DNA of 32,000 nt from Erysipelotrichaceae bacterium (GTDB lineage Bacteria > Bacillota_I > Bacilli_A > Erysipelotrichales > Erysipelotrichaceae): contig OY760660.1 of the NCBI GenBank assembly GCA_963663995.1, positions 480,001 through 512,000 of the forward strand. Reading direction: 5' to 3'. The position numbers and the translations under genes are program-made. Below, in pieces: positions 17,619 to 25,589 of the stretch. The notes beneath the pieces were generated by a model. The model saw only the letters and a program-made list of their open reading frames with translations, did no database searches and had not been told where the DNA came from. Positions within the stretch are counted from its first letter, which is position 1. Each line of letters begins with the position of its first letter.

Positions 17619-18386
17619 TTATTCTGCTGGGAACCATTTAGCATCTAAATCAGCTAAAGTTCCATTTGCATCTAAAGCAGCAAGTGCTTCATTAACTTTA
17701 GCAACCCATTCAGAACCTTTAGGGAATGCTAAAGCAGTACCAGCTTTACCATCTAAGCCTTCAGCTTCTAACATAAATGTAGCTAAATCTGAGTTTTCAG
17801 CTGCATATGTTTCAGCATTTGTGCTATCGATAACTAAAGCATCGACACGATCATTTAAGATATCTTGAATGATTGTATTAAATGTTTGATAAGTTACAAC
17901 TTCGAAATCATAAGTTTCAGCAATTGCATTCATCGCTGCTTCTTGAACAGTACCTGTTTGAACACCAATAATTTTTCCACTGAAATCTTCGATAGAAGCA
18001 AAACCATCAGCTGCTTTTACAACTGCTTGGTATAAATTACCATCTGCTTTATAAATGTCTGAGAAATCAACAGATAGTTTACGTTCTTCACTAACATTCA
18101 TACCAGAGATAGCCATATCGCCTTGATTTGCAGAAATTGCAGCAACAATACCATCAAAACTTTGTTCTTTCCATTCAACTTGAACACCCATTTCAGCAGC
18201 TAGTGCTTCCATAAGATCAATATCGAAACCTTCAAATGTTCCGTCAGTCGCAACTGATTCATATGGTGGATAATCAGGAGATGTTAAAACAACAATTGTC
18301 TCCATTGTGAATTCTTCTTCTGCAGGAGCTGCTGAACAAGCGCCTAAGAATAATGCTAAACCTAAGATAACTAATAATTTTTTCAT
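17619..18386 (-). CDS. Polar amino-acid ABC transporter, substrate-binding lipoprotein (predicted arginine)
   Basis: Lipobox LFLGAC and a family-3 solute-binding fold (DFDIDLM..., GMNVSEERK, DA...D). Start moved to ATG 18386 (MKKLLVIL), which has GGAGG 8 nt upstream. Confidence 0.85.
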   Translation of the reverse strand: MKKLLVILGLALFLGACSAAPAEEEFTMETIVVLTSPDYPPYESVATDGTFEGFDIDLMEALAAEMGVQVEWKEQSFDGIVAAISANQGDMAISGMNVSEERKLSVDFSDIYKADGNLYQAVVKAADGFASIEDFSGKIIGVQTGTVQEAAMNAIAETYDFEVVTYQTFNTIIQDILNDRVDALVIDSTNAETYAAENSDLATFMLEAEGLDGKAGTALAFPKGSEWVAKVNEALAALDANGTLADLDAKWFPAE

Positions 18387-18408
18387 AATCTTTTCCTCCA
18401 TGTTTCTT

Positions 18409-19137
18409 CTAGATCATGTTTGCTAAGAACTCTTGTGCCCTCTCAGTTTGTGGCTTCTTAAAGAATTCCTTGCTAGCAGTTACTTCTAATATTTCCGTAT
18501 TGTTCATATAAACAATATAATCGGATACTTCTTGGGCAAACTTAATTTCGTGCGTTACGATAATATTTGTCATACCCGTTTTGGTTAATTGTTTAATAAC
18601 CTTTAATACTTCTTGAGTCATTTCTGGATCAAGGGCACTTGTTGGTTCATCAAACAACAAACTCTCTGGATGCATCGCTAATGCGCGTGCAATCGCAACA
18701 CGTTGTTGCTCACCACCACTGAGTTGATGTGGATAGTTATATAAACGATGGCCTAAACCAACGTTTTCCAGTTGTTTTTTTGCTTCGACATTTGCTTCTT
18801 CTTTTGTCATACCCTTAACTTTAATTAAAGCAAAGGCAACGTTATCTATAGCTTTTAAATGAGCAAATAGATTGAAGTTTTGGAAGACCATGCCAATTCT
18901 TTCGCGAATTTTTGTTAATTGTGTTTTTTCTTTTAAGAGATCAACCCCATCAACAATGACTTGTCCACTAGATGGTGTTTCCAACAAATTAATACATCTA
19001 AGTAATGTTGATTTGCCTGCACCAGACGATCCTATAATCGCATAAGTTTTATGTGGTTCAAACTCGATATTGACGTTTTTTAGTACCGTCACATCACCAA
19101 ACTTTTTACTTACATTAACCAGTTTAATCATATGCAA
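18409..19137 (-). CDS. Polar amino-acid ABC transporter, ATP-binding protein
   Basis: Walker A GSSGAGKST, signature LSGGEQQRVAIARAL, Walker [12 protein letters not shown] and the H-loop VTHE. Confidence 0.93.
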   Translation of the reverse strand: MHMIKLVNVSKKFGDVTVLKNVNIEFEPHKTYAIIGSSGAGKSTLLRCINLLETPSSGQVIVDGVDLLKEKTQLTKIRERIGMVFQNFNLFAHLKAIDNVAFALIKVKGMTKEEANVEAKKQLENVGLGHRLYNYPHQLSGGEQQRVAIARALAMHPESLLFDEPTSALDPEMTQEVLKVIKQLTKTGMTNIIVTHEIKFAQEVSDYIVYMNNTEILEVTASKEFFKKPQTERAQEFLANMI

Positions 19138-19777
19138 TCTTCCTTTCTAAATACTTGCCTACATTACTGAGGATGATATTTAGAATTAAATACATCGCAC
19201 CAACGATAATCATTGGTTCAAAGAATCGATAGGTTGCAGCTGATACAATTTGTTGACGTCGCATAATGTCAGTTAATGTAATCGTTGAGACAACAGATGT
19301 TTCTTTTACTAAAGTAATGAACTCATTCATAATAGCTGGTAAAACATTATGAATCGCTTGAGGAATAATAATATGAAGTGAAATATCCAAATTAGATACA
19401 CCTAAGGCATGCGCCGCTTCTATCTGTCCTTTATTAATTGATTCAATCCCAGCTCTTAAGATTTCTGATAAGTACGCACTTGAATTTAGTGAGAAAACAA
19501 TAATAGCTGAAGTATAGGGGGTTGGAATCCATCCAGTAATTTGGGGAATTCCATAATGGAAGAAAGCCAATTGGAATAAAATTGGTGTTCCTCTAAAGAA
19601 ATCTACCCATGCTTTTAAGATGATTCTAAAAATTCCTTTTTGTCTTATTCCAAAGCTAATTAATAAGCCTAGAATAGATCCAATAATGGCAGTCGCAAAC
19701 GCTACTTGTAAAGTAACCCATGCACCACCAAGCATATACGGTAAATAATCGACAATTGGATCAAAATTTATTTTCAA
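19124..19777 (-). CDS. Polar amino-acid ABC transporter, permease (HisM/GlnP type)
   Basis: 217 aa with multiple TM helices and the EAA-like loop GQIEAAHALGVS. TTG start with AGGAG 7 nt upstream. Confidence 0.9.
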   Translation of the reverse strand: MKINFDPIVDYLPYMLGGAWVTLQVAFATAIIGSILGLLISFGIRQKGIFRIILKAWVDFFRGTPILFQLAFFHYGIPQITGWIPTPYTSAIIVFSLNSSAYLSEILRAGIESINKGQIEAAHALGVSNLDISLHIIIPQAIHNVLPAIMNEFITLVKETSVVSTITLTDIMRRQQIVSAATYRFFEPMIIVGAMYLILNIILSNVGKYLERKIAYD

Positions 19778-19802
19778 TGCTTTTCTCCTTTTTCAGTAAA
19801 TA

Positions 19803-20040
19803 AATAAAAAACGTCCTTTAAACAAAGGACGTATATTGTACGCGGTACCACCTTAATTTCATATCCATTTATTTAAGATATGACATCTCTTAGCTTTAAC
19901 GCAAGCTCTACGGAATCACCCTCAAATATTTCGAGTGTTCAGCTTCCAAGCACGTTCATTTCTTTTTAAGTCTTGCCTTTCACCATCTGCAAGTCGCTTT
20001 TACCTTAAGGGAAGAAATTACTCCTCTTGTTCAACGCTTA
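19803..20040 (-). promoter_or_regulatory. T-box riboswitch leader, specifier CGU (Arg) by manual fold
   Basis: The minus strand carries Stem I GCGUUGAA..., AGUA, distal GGUGAAAG, the T-box sequence AAUUAAGGUGGUACCGCG (reverse complement of 19841-19858), and the terminator ACGUCCUUU-GUUU-AAAGGACGU + UUUUU (19806-19832). The specifier loop reads GAA-CGU-G, with the codon at 19952-19954. Confidence 0.9.
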
Positions 20041-20047
20041 TGTAGCA

Positions 20048-20075
20048 ATTATACATTGCTTTTTTAAACATGCAA
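20048..20075 (-). promoter_or_regulatory. Promoter of the T-box/ABC operon
   Basis: On the minus strand, TTGCAT (20070-20075), a 16-nt spacer, then TATAAT (20048-20053). It lies immediately downstream of the ribF stop. Confidence 0.65.
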
Positions 20076-20100
20076 GTATTTTACAAAATTTTTATTAATT

Positions 20101-21039
20101 TTATCTTAAATCTTCAGAATTTGTAGCCCGACATTGACTTTCATCTAGCTTTAATTGATTTATTAAGCCATCTAGTGAATCAAACTTAATTTCCCCTCTT
20201 ATATAATGTTTAAACAAGAAAGTTACTTCTTGATCGTATATATCATGATTATAGTCAAAGATATGGGCTTCAATTGAAACTACATGATCATCAGTAACGG
20301 TTGGATTATAGCCAACACCAATCATCGCTGAATATTGTAAACCTTCAATAATGACAAAACCTGAATAAACACCGATTTTTGGAATTAAGTATTCAGACTG
20401 TATTGATAAGTTAGCTGTTGGATAGCCAATAGTACGACCTATTTGTCTTCCTTTAACAACTATTCCTTTTAGTCCATATGTTCGACCTAATAATCGTTCT
20501 GCTTCATGAACATGACCTAAACTAATTTCATCTTTGATTCGGGTTGTACTGATTTTAGAACCTTCATAGTTTATTTCTTCGACGACTTCAACATGGAAAT
20601 GATCATTTTGTGCTTTAAGTAAATCACTTGTTTTACCTTTACCCTTATCACCAAAACTAAAATCAAAACCACATACTAAATTTTTAATTTGAACCTTTTG
20701 TAGTAAATTTATAAAATCATTCGGGTCCATTTGTGCCATATCTTTATTGAATTCAATGGTTATCCATAAATCAAAACCATATTTTTCAGCAAGTTCACGA
20801 CGATCATTTAAACTCGTTAAATGTTGAATCTTAGCCTTTGGATTTAAAATCACTAAAGGATCAGGTGAAAAGCTAATAATTCCACTTAAGCTATCACTCT
20901 CTTTCGCTAAAGCTAAGGTTTTGTTAAAGAGTGCTTGATGACCTAAATGAAAACCATCAAAATAACCAATACAGGCTGATATGGCTTTTGTGGCTGGGGC
21001 ATGAATTGTAGATGTAATGATTAAATCTTGCATTACCAT
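20101..21039 (-). CDS. ribF: Bifunctional riboflavin kinase / FMN adenylyltransferase
   Basis: N-terminal FAD-synthetase motif GYFDGFHLGHQ, and C-terminal kinase motifs GRTIGYPTANL and ...E.HIFD....YD. Overlaps truB by 7 nt. Confidence 0.93.
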   Translation of the reverse strand: MVMQDLIITSTIHAPATKAISACIGYFDGFHLGHQALFNKTLALAKESDSLSGIISFSPDPLVILNPKAKIQHLTSLNDRRELAEKYGFDLWITIEFNKDMAQMDPNDFINLLQKVQIKNLVCGFDFSFGDKGKGKTSDLLKAQNDHFHVEVVEEINYEGSKISTTRIKDEISLGHVHEAERLLGRTYGLKGIVVKGRQIGRTIGYPTANLSIQSEYLIPKIGVYSGFVIIEGLQYSAMIGVGYNPTVTDDHVVSIEAHIFDYNHDIYDQEVTFLFKHYIRGEIKFDSLDGLINQLKLDESQCRATNSEDLR

Positions 21040-21872
21040 AATCCTCTTAAACTTCTATAATTTTTTAATTCTTGATCATACTCATAAATGGCTAACAATT
21101 TTTCTTCATAAACAATACAAAGACGATCAGCTTCATAGGGATACTTAAAGCGTTTACCATGATAGAAAATCGTTGGATCATCCACAATCACTTTTGGATA
21201 ATCAATTAATGTTAGAGGATCTAAATAATTTATATGTTCTACATCAATTGAACCTAAATCGACTGAATCCTCTTTTGTTAAATGTTCTATTTGATATCGA
21301 TCAAGGGCACATAGCGTTCCAACCATTCCCAATTTCTCAGAAATATCTTCACATAATGTTCTAACATAAGTACCACTTGAAGCATGGACTTCAAATTCAA
21401 ATCCATCCTTTATTACTTTACCATCTAAAGCAAAGATTTCGATATCTCTTGCTTCCCTTTCAATGGTTTTTCCTTCACGAGCATATTCATAAAGTCGCTT
21501 ACCATTTACAGAAATTGCAGAAACCATTGGTGGTATTTGTTTTTGCTTGCCAAGAAATGATTTTAAAACGGAGTCTAATTCAGCTTGGTCAATATCTCTG
21601 ATTTCAGATGTTTCAATAACATCACCCCAAATATCAGCCGTACTGGTTTTAATCCCAAATTTAACTGATGCTCTATAATGTTTAGACTGATGAACAATGA
21701 ATGGCAATAACTTTGTCGAATTTCCGACTAAAACGATCATCAAACCACTCGCATTAGGATCAAGTGTTCCGGTATGACCAATTTTTTTAAGACCTAACTT
21801 TTTTCTTAATATAGCTACGACATCGAAAGATGTCATACCTATTGGTTTGTTGATACAAAATAGTCCATTCAT
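21033..21872 (-). CDS. truB: tRNA pseudouridine-55 synthase
   Basis: Catalytic motif HTGTLDPNASGLM, plus QIPP..SA......R.YE.AR and GTYVR blocks. Confidence 0.93.
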   Translation of the reverse strand: MNGLFCINKPIGMTSFDVVAILRKKLGLKKIGHTGTLDPNASGLMIVLVGNSTKLLPFIVHQSKHYRASVKFGIKTSTADIWGDVIETSEIRDIDQAELDSVLKSFLGKQKQIPPMVSAISVNGKRLYEYAREGKTIEREARDIEIFALDGKVIKDGFEFEVHASSGTYVRTLCEDISEKLGMVGTLCALDRYQIEHLTKEDSVDLGSIDVEHINYLDPLTLIDYPKVIVDDPTIFYHGKRFKYPYEADRLCIVYEEKLLAIYEYDQELKNYRSLRGLW

Positions 21873-21927
21873 GTTGTTTAAAGTTCCTTAAGTATTATAC
21901 AATACATCCGGAAATGCTAGGTTTAAT
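21873..21927. promoter_or_regulatory. Divergent promoter region (truB-ribF on minus, ttcA-like on plus)
   Basis: Minus strand: TTGTATAAT (-10 at 21894-21899) with an AAGGAA Shine-Dalgarno sequence before ATG 21872. Plus strand: TTGTTT (21874-21879), an 18-nt spacer, then TACAAT (21898-21903). The two -10 boxes overlap. Both -35 elements are weak. Confidence 0.4.
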
Positions 21928-22713
21928 ATGAAGAAATTAATAAAGAAAATTGCTGAAGCCGATAAAGATTTCGGCCTTATTGAAGAAAATGATGTCATTG
22001 CTGTTGGAATTAGTGGTGGAAAAGACTCGAGTTTACTTTTAATTGCACTTGAGCTCTATCGACTTAAATCACGTAAAAACTTTAAGATTGTTGGCATTCA
22101 TATCAATTTAGGTTTTGGTGAAGGAGATATGACTGCTTTAAATGAAATATTTAAATCTTATCAATTAGAAGTCCATTTCATTCCTTCTCACTTATCTGAG
22201 ATTTTAGAAAAAAACATTAAGAAAGATGCCGTTCAATGTTCTCTATGTTCAAAACTAAAAAAAGGTGCTGTTATACAAGAAGCTAAAAAATTCAACTGTA
22301 ACAAAGTTGCCTTTGCTCATCATGCTGATGATGCCATTGAAACCTTATTTTTAAATGCTGTGTATGGCTCAAGATTAGCCACCTTTGATCCAAAAATGTG
22401 GATGAGTGAGAAAGAAGTTTATTTTATTCGCCCGTTTGTTTATGTAAAAGAAAATGAGATTGTTCAATACACTCAAGAATTAAATATTCCTAAAGTAAAA
22501 TCAGGTTGTCCGGTTGATGGTTTAACAAAGCGTCAAACAATTAAAGAACTCTTAAATTCTATTTATGAAGAGATTCCTGATGCGCATGATAATTTTATAA
22601 GAATGTTAAGTAATCAAAAACAATTACATTTATGGAAGCGTTTGCTTGACAGTGATGGGGACACAAAATATAATCAAAATGAACAAAAGAATAGAGGTAG
22701 CGACGCAGAATAG
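21928..22713 (+). CDS. PP-loop ATPase, TtcA/TtuA-like tRNA thiolation enzyme
   Basis: PP-loop SGGKDS, CSLCSK and SGCP cysteine motifs, and a HHADD block. The last roughly 25 codons run through a consensus promoter and the 5' end of the lysine riboswitch, so the C-terminal tail is probably non-conserved. Confidence 0.75.
   Translation: MKKLIKKIAEADKDFGLIEENDVIAVGISGGKDSSLLLIALELYRLKSRKNFKIVGIHINLGFGEGDMTALNEIFKSYQLEVHFIPSHLSEILEKNIKKDAVQCSLCSKLKKGAVIQEAKKFNCNKVAFAHHADDAIETLFLNAVYGSRLATFDPKMWMSEKEVYFIRPFVYVKENEIVQYTQELNIPKVKSGCPVDGLTKRQTIKELLNSIYEEIPDAHDNFIRMLSNQKQLHLWKRLLDSDGDTKYNQNEQKNRGSDAE
22646..22674 (+). promoter_or_regulatory. Consensus sigma-A promoter embedded in the 3' end of the preceding CDS
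   Basis: TTGACA (22646-22651), exactly 17 nt, then TATAAT (22669-22674). The riboswitch P1 starts at 22690. Confidence 0.8.
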
Positions 22714-22889
22714 TAAGACATTGAGCTGGCAGGCAAAGATATGTCTAAAAGGCAACCGTCGCCGAATGGTTTGATTTGGCAAAATCAAGCTATGGGATCG
22801 TAAATAATATTTACGTTACTCCTTCGTGTGAAGGGCGCTATTATAACATTAGGTTTAAACAGACCGTGTAATAGCATGGTCTTTTGTTT
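22690..22889 (+). promoter_or_regulatory. Lysine riboswitch (L-box) with terminator
   Basis: AGAGGTAGCGA (22693-22703), AGTA, GTCGCCGAA (22758-22766), the P5 hairpin CTTC-GTGT-GAAG (22822-22833), and P1 AATAG (22690-22694) paired with CTATT (22838-22842). The terminator is AGACCGTG/CATGGTCT (22861-22882) followed by TTTGTTT. Confidence 0.82.
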
Positions 22890-22903
22890 GGAAAGAAGGA
22901 CTT

Positions 22904-23728
22904 ATGAAAAAAGTTTTATTTAGTTTAATCGCACTTAGCTTATTGCTTGTTGGCTGTAGTGCAAACGACGACAGTTCAAGTGAAGAAAAAACAGTTACAG
23001 TTGGTTTAGAGTGTGCTTATGCGCCTTTCAACTGGACTCAAGTCGATGAGAGTGAAAGTGCAGCAGCAGTTGATGAAGCAGGTGCAGGTTATTGTGACGG
23101 TTACGATATTCAAATCGCAAAAGCTATTGCCGACAGTATGGATGCAACATTAATTGTTAAAAAGATTGCATGGGATGGTTTAATTCCAGCTTTAGTCAAC
23201 GGTGAAATTGATATGATTGTTGCTGGTATGACTGATACTGAAGAAAGACGTCAAACCATTGATTTCTCAAACATTTACTATCAATCAGACATGGTATTAA
23301 TTGTTGATAAGGATTCAGTCTATGCAAGTGCAAGTACTCTAGAAGATTTTAGCGGTGCCGCTGTTATTGCTCAAATGAATACCTTCCACGATACAGTTGT
23401 GGATCAAATTACGGACGTTAATCATTTAACACCACTTGGTTCTTTTGCATTATTAACGAACTCTGTTGTTCAAGGTGAAGCAGATGCCATGGTATCTGAA
23501 TATCCAGTTGCTTTAAGTATTGTCGCAAACAATCCAAGTTTAGTGATTGTACAATTTGCTGAAGGAAATGGTTTTGAACTAAGTTTTGAAGATACAACCG
23601 TTTCTGTTGCTGTACGTAAAGGTGAAACAGACTTTGTTAGTGAAATTAATGCAGTTCTTGACACATTAGATCAAGCTACACGTAACCAATGGATGGCTGA
23701 CGCAATTGATCGTCAACCAGCTGAGTAA
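22904..23728 (+). CDS. Polar amino-acid ABC transporter, substrate-binding lipoprotein (predicted lysine)
   Basis: Lipobox LLVGCS and a family-3 SBP pattern (GYDIQIAKAIA, AGMTDTEERR). AAGAAGGA Shine-Dalgarno sequence before ATG 22904. Confidence 0.85.
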   Translation: MKKVLFSLIALSLLLVGCSANDDSSSEEKTVTVGLECAYAPFNWTQVDESESAAAVDEAGAGYCDGYDIQIAKAIADSMDATLIVKKIAWDGLIPALVNGEIDMIVAGMTDTEERRQTIDFSNIYYQSDMVLIVDKDSVYASASTLEDFSGAAVIAQMNTFHDTVVDQITDVNHLTPLGSFALLTNSVVQGEADAMVSEYPVALSIVANNPSLVIVQFAEGNGFELSFEDTTVSVAVRKGETDFVSEINAVLDTLDQATRNQWMADAIDRQPAE

Positions 23729-24516
23729 TGTTTACCCTACTGACTTCAGTACTACCCGATAACTTAGTAGGAGCTGCGCTAGTCATTGCTAAGCGCTATG
23801 CTCCTCTTTTCTTTTATGGTGCGAAAAATACACTAACGATTGCTTTAACCGCAACAGTCATTGGTTTAATTATTGGTTTAGGTGTTGGTATTTTAAGATC
23901 CCTTCCAAGCAGTCCTTTAGATTCTAAACTTAAACGTTTTGTGGTGAGTTTAATTCGCAAGCTTACCTCTGTTTATGTTGAAGTCTTTAGAGGCACACCG
24001 ATGATGGTTCAAGCGATATTTATCTATTATGCTTTTCTCCCAATCTTTAAAAGTTCTAAACTTTTTGCGGGAATTGTCATAGTCTCCATCAATACAGGCG
24101 CCTATATGGCTGAGATTGTTCGTGCTGGTATTCAATCTTTAGATAAAGGACAAAATGAAGCTGCTCGCTCAATTGGAATGAATAACTTTCAAACGATGTT
24201 ATTCATCATTTTACCTCAAGCTATTAAAAATGCATTCCCTGCGATTGGCAATGAATTTGTCGTTAATATAAAAGATACCTCTGTTTTGAATGTTATTGGC
24301 GTAACTGAGCTTTATTTTCAATCAATATCAGTTGCTGGGATAAACTTTAGATATCAAGATACTTTTTTAGTTACAGCAATGGTTTATTTATTCTTAACTT
24401 ACTCAACAACTTTAATTCTAAAATATATCGAAAAACGTATGAATATAAGTGGATATGATGGTCCTACGAGCAGTTCAACACCTCTCAATCTAGGAAAGGT
24501 TAAGGAAAGTACATGA
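23728..24516 (+). CDS. Polar amino-acid ABC transporter, permease
   Basis: Multi-TM protein with the EAA loop [12 protein letters not shown] and FRGTP, NEFV..IKDTS motifs. Start and stop overlap the neighbouring genes. Confidence 0.9.
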   Translation: MFTLLTSVLPDNLVGAALVIAKRYAPLFFYGAKNTLTIALTATVIGLIIGLGVGILRSLPSSPLDSKLKRFVVSLIRKLTSVYVEVFRGTPMMVQAIFIYYAFLPIFKSSKLFAGIVIVSINTGAYMAEIVRAGIQSLDKGQNEAARSIGMNNFQTMLFIILPQAIKNAFPAIGNEFVVNIKDTSVLNVIGVTELYFQSISVAGINFRYQDTFLVTAMVYLFLTYSTTLILKYIEKRMNISGYDGPTSSSTPLNLGKVKEST

Positions 24517-25244
24517 TTATTCAAATAGAAAATTTATCTAAAAGTTTCTTCAATCATGAAGTTTTAAAAGGGATTAACCTCTCCGTTGATAAAGGTGAAG
24601 TCATTAGTATTATTGGCTCATCAGGATCTGGTAAAAGTACCCTTCTTAGATGTATTAATTTATTAGAAACCTATGAAGGTGGTCTTATTACCTTTCATGG
24701 TCAAGATATTTTAGACAATGTTAAGAAAATCGATAACTACCGAACAAATGTTGGTATGATTTTTCAATCCTTTAATCTATTTGGTCATTTATCAGTCTTA
24801 GATAATTGCACAATAGGGCAAATCCAAGTTAGAAAAAAATCAAAAGCAGAAGCTGAAAAGTTAGCCTATCAATATCTAGAAAAAGTCGGTATGAAAGACT
24901 TTGCAAAGCGCTCTGTATCAACCCTATCTGGTGGTCAAAAACAACGTGTCGCTATCGCAAGAAGTTTATGCATGGAACCAGAAGTACTTTTATTTGATGA
25001 ACCAACAAGCGCACTTGATCCTGAAATGGTTAATGAAGTTTTACAAGTCATTCAAGATCTTGCGAAAGAACATCGAACAATGATGATTGTCACCCATGAG
25101 ATGAGTTTTGCGAAAGATGTTTCAAATCGCGTTCTTTTTATGGATCAAGGTATCATTTTAGAAGAAGGTATTCCAGATCAAATCTTTAATCACCCCAAAG
25201 AAAAAAGGACCCAAGAATTTTTGAGTCGTTTCAATCAAAAGTGA
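24513..25244 (+). CDS. Polar amino-acid ABC transporter, ATP-binding protein
   Basis: Walker [10 protein letters not shown], signature [15 protein letters not shown], Walker [12 protein letters not shown] and the H-loop VTHE. Confidence 0.93.
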   Translation: MIIQIENLSKSFFNHEVLKGINLSVDKGEVISIIGSSGSGKSTLLRCINLLETYEGGLITFHGQDILDNVKKIDNYRTNVGMIFQSFNLFGHLSVLDNCTIGQIQVRKKSKAEAEKLAYQYLEKVGMKDFAKRSVSTLSGGQKQRVAIARSLCMEPEVLLFDEPTSALDPEMVNEVLQVIQDLAKEHRTMMIVTHEMSFAKDVSNRVLFMDQGIILEEGIPDQIFNHPKEKRTQEFLSRFNQK

Positions 25245-25262
25245 GTCTTGCGACTCACTTTT
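25237..25262. terminator. Symmetric bidirectional terminator shared by convergent genes
   Basis: AAAAGTGAGTC (25237-25247), loop TTGC, then GACTCACTTTT (25252-25262), with further T's to 25264. Both TGA stop codons (25242-25244 on plus; 25255-25257 on minus) lie inside the stem arms. Confidence 0.85.
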
Positions 25263-25587
25263 TTAATTCTTCTAATATTGAATCAATCTTTTGACCTTCT
25301 CTAAAGCTAGGGTCAATCTCAAAAATGATTTCAGGAATTTTTCTTATTTGTAATTTCTTACCCAATATACCTCTAAATTTTTTAGCATATTTATTAAGAA
25401 TTTCTAATTGAGCTCCATCACCTTTATTTAAAAAACTGACATAGATTTTACAAAATGAATAATCATTGCTTAAATGAACACCACTAACCGTCACAAAGCC
25501 TAATTTTTCATCCCTAATTTGGAATTCAATCATTTCAGAGACTTCTTTTTGAATTACATTCGCAATTCGTTCTTGACGGATACCCAT
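25255..25587 (-). CDS. rbfA: Ribosome-binding factor A
   Basis: 110 aa with R..R....I..E.S.......D.K.GFVTVS.V..S.D...CKIYVS, directly after infB. Confidence 0.9.
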   Translation of the reverse strand: MGIRQERIANVIQKEVSEMIEFQIRDEKLGFVTVSGVHLSNDYSFCKIYVSFLNKGDGAQLEILNKYAKKFRGILGKKLQIRKIPEIIFEIDPSFREGQKIDSILEELKK

Positions 25588-25589
25588 GT

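Noticed and set aside
21173-21601. Two plus-strand ORFs (63 and 74 aa) inside truB
   Set aside because: Both are antisense shadows of a conserved CDS.
23470-24135. Minus-strand ORFs of 64 and 61 aa inside the second ABC operon, and the plus-strand ORF 24901-25083 in an alternative frame of the ATPase
   Set aside because: They are nested in or antisense to well-supported ABC transporter genes, with no independent signals.
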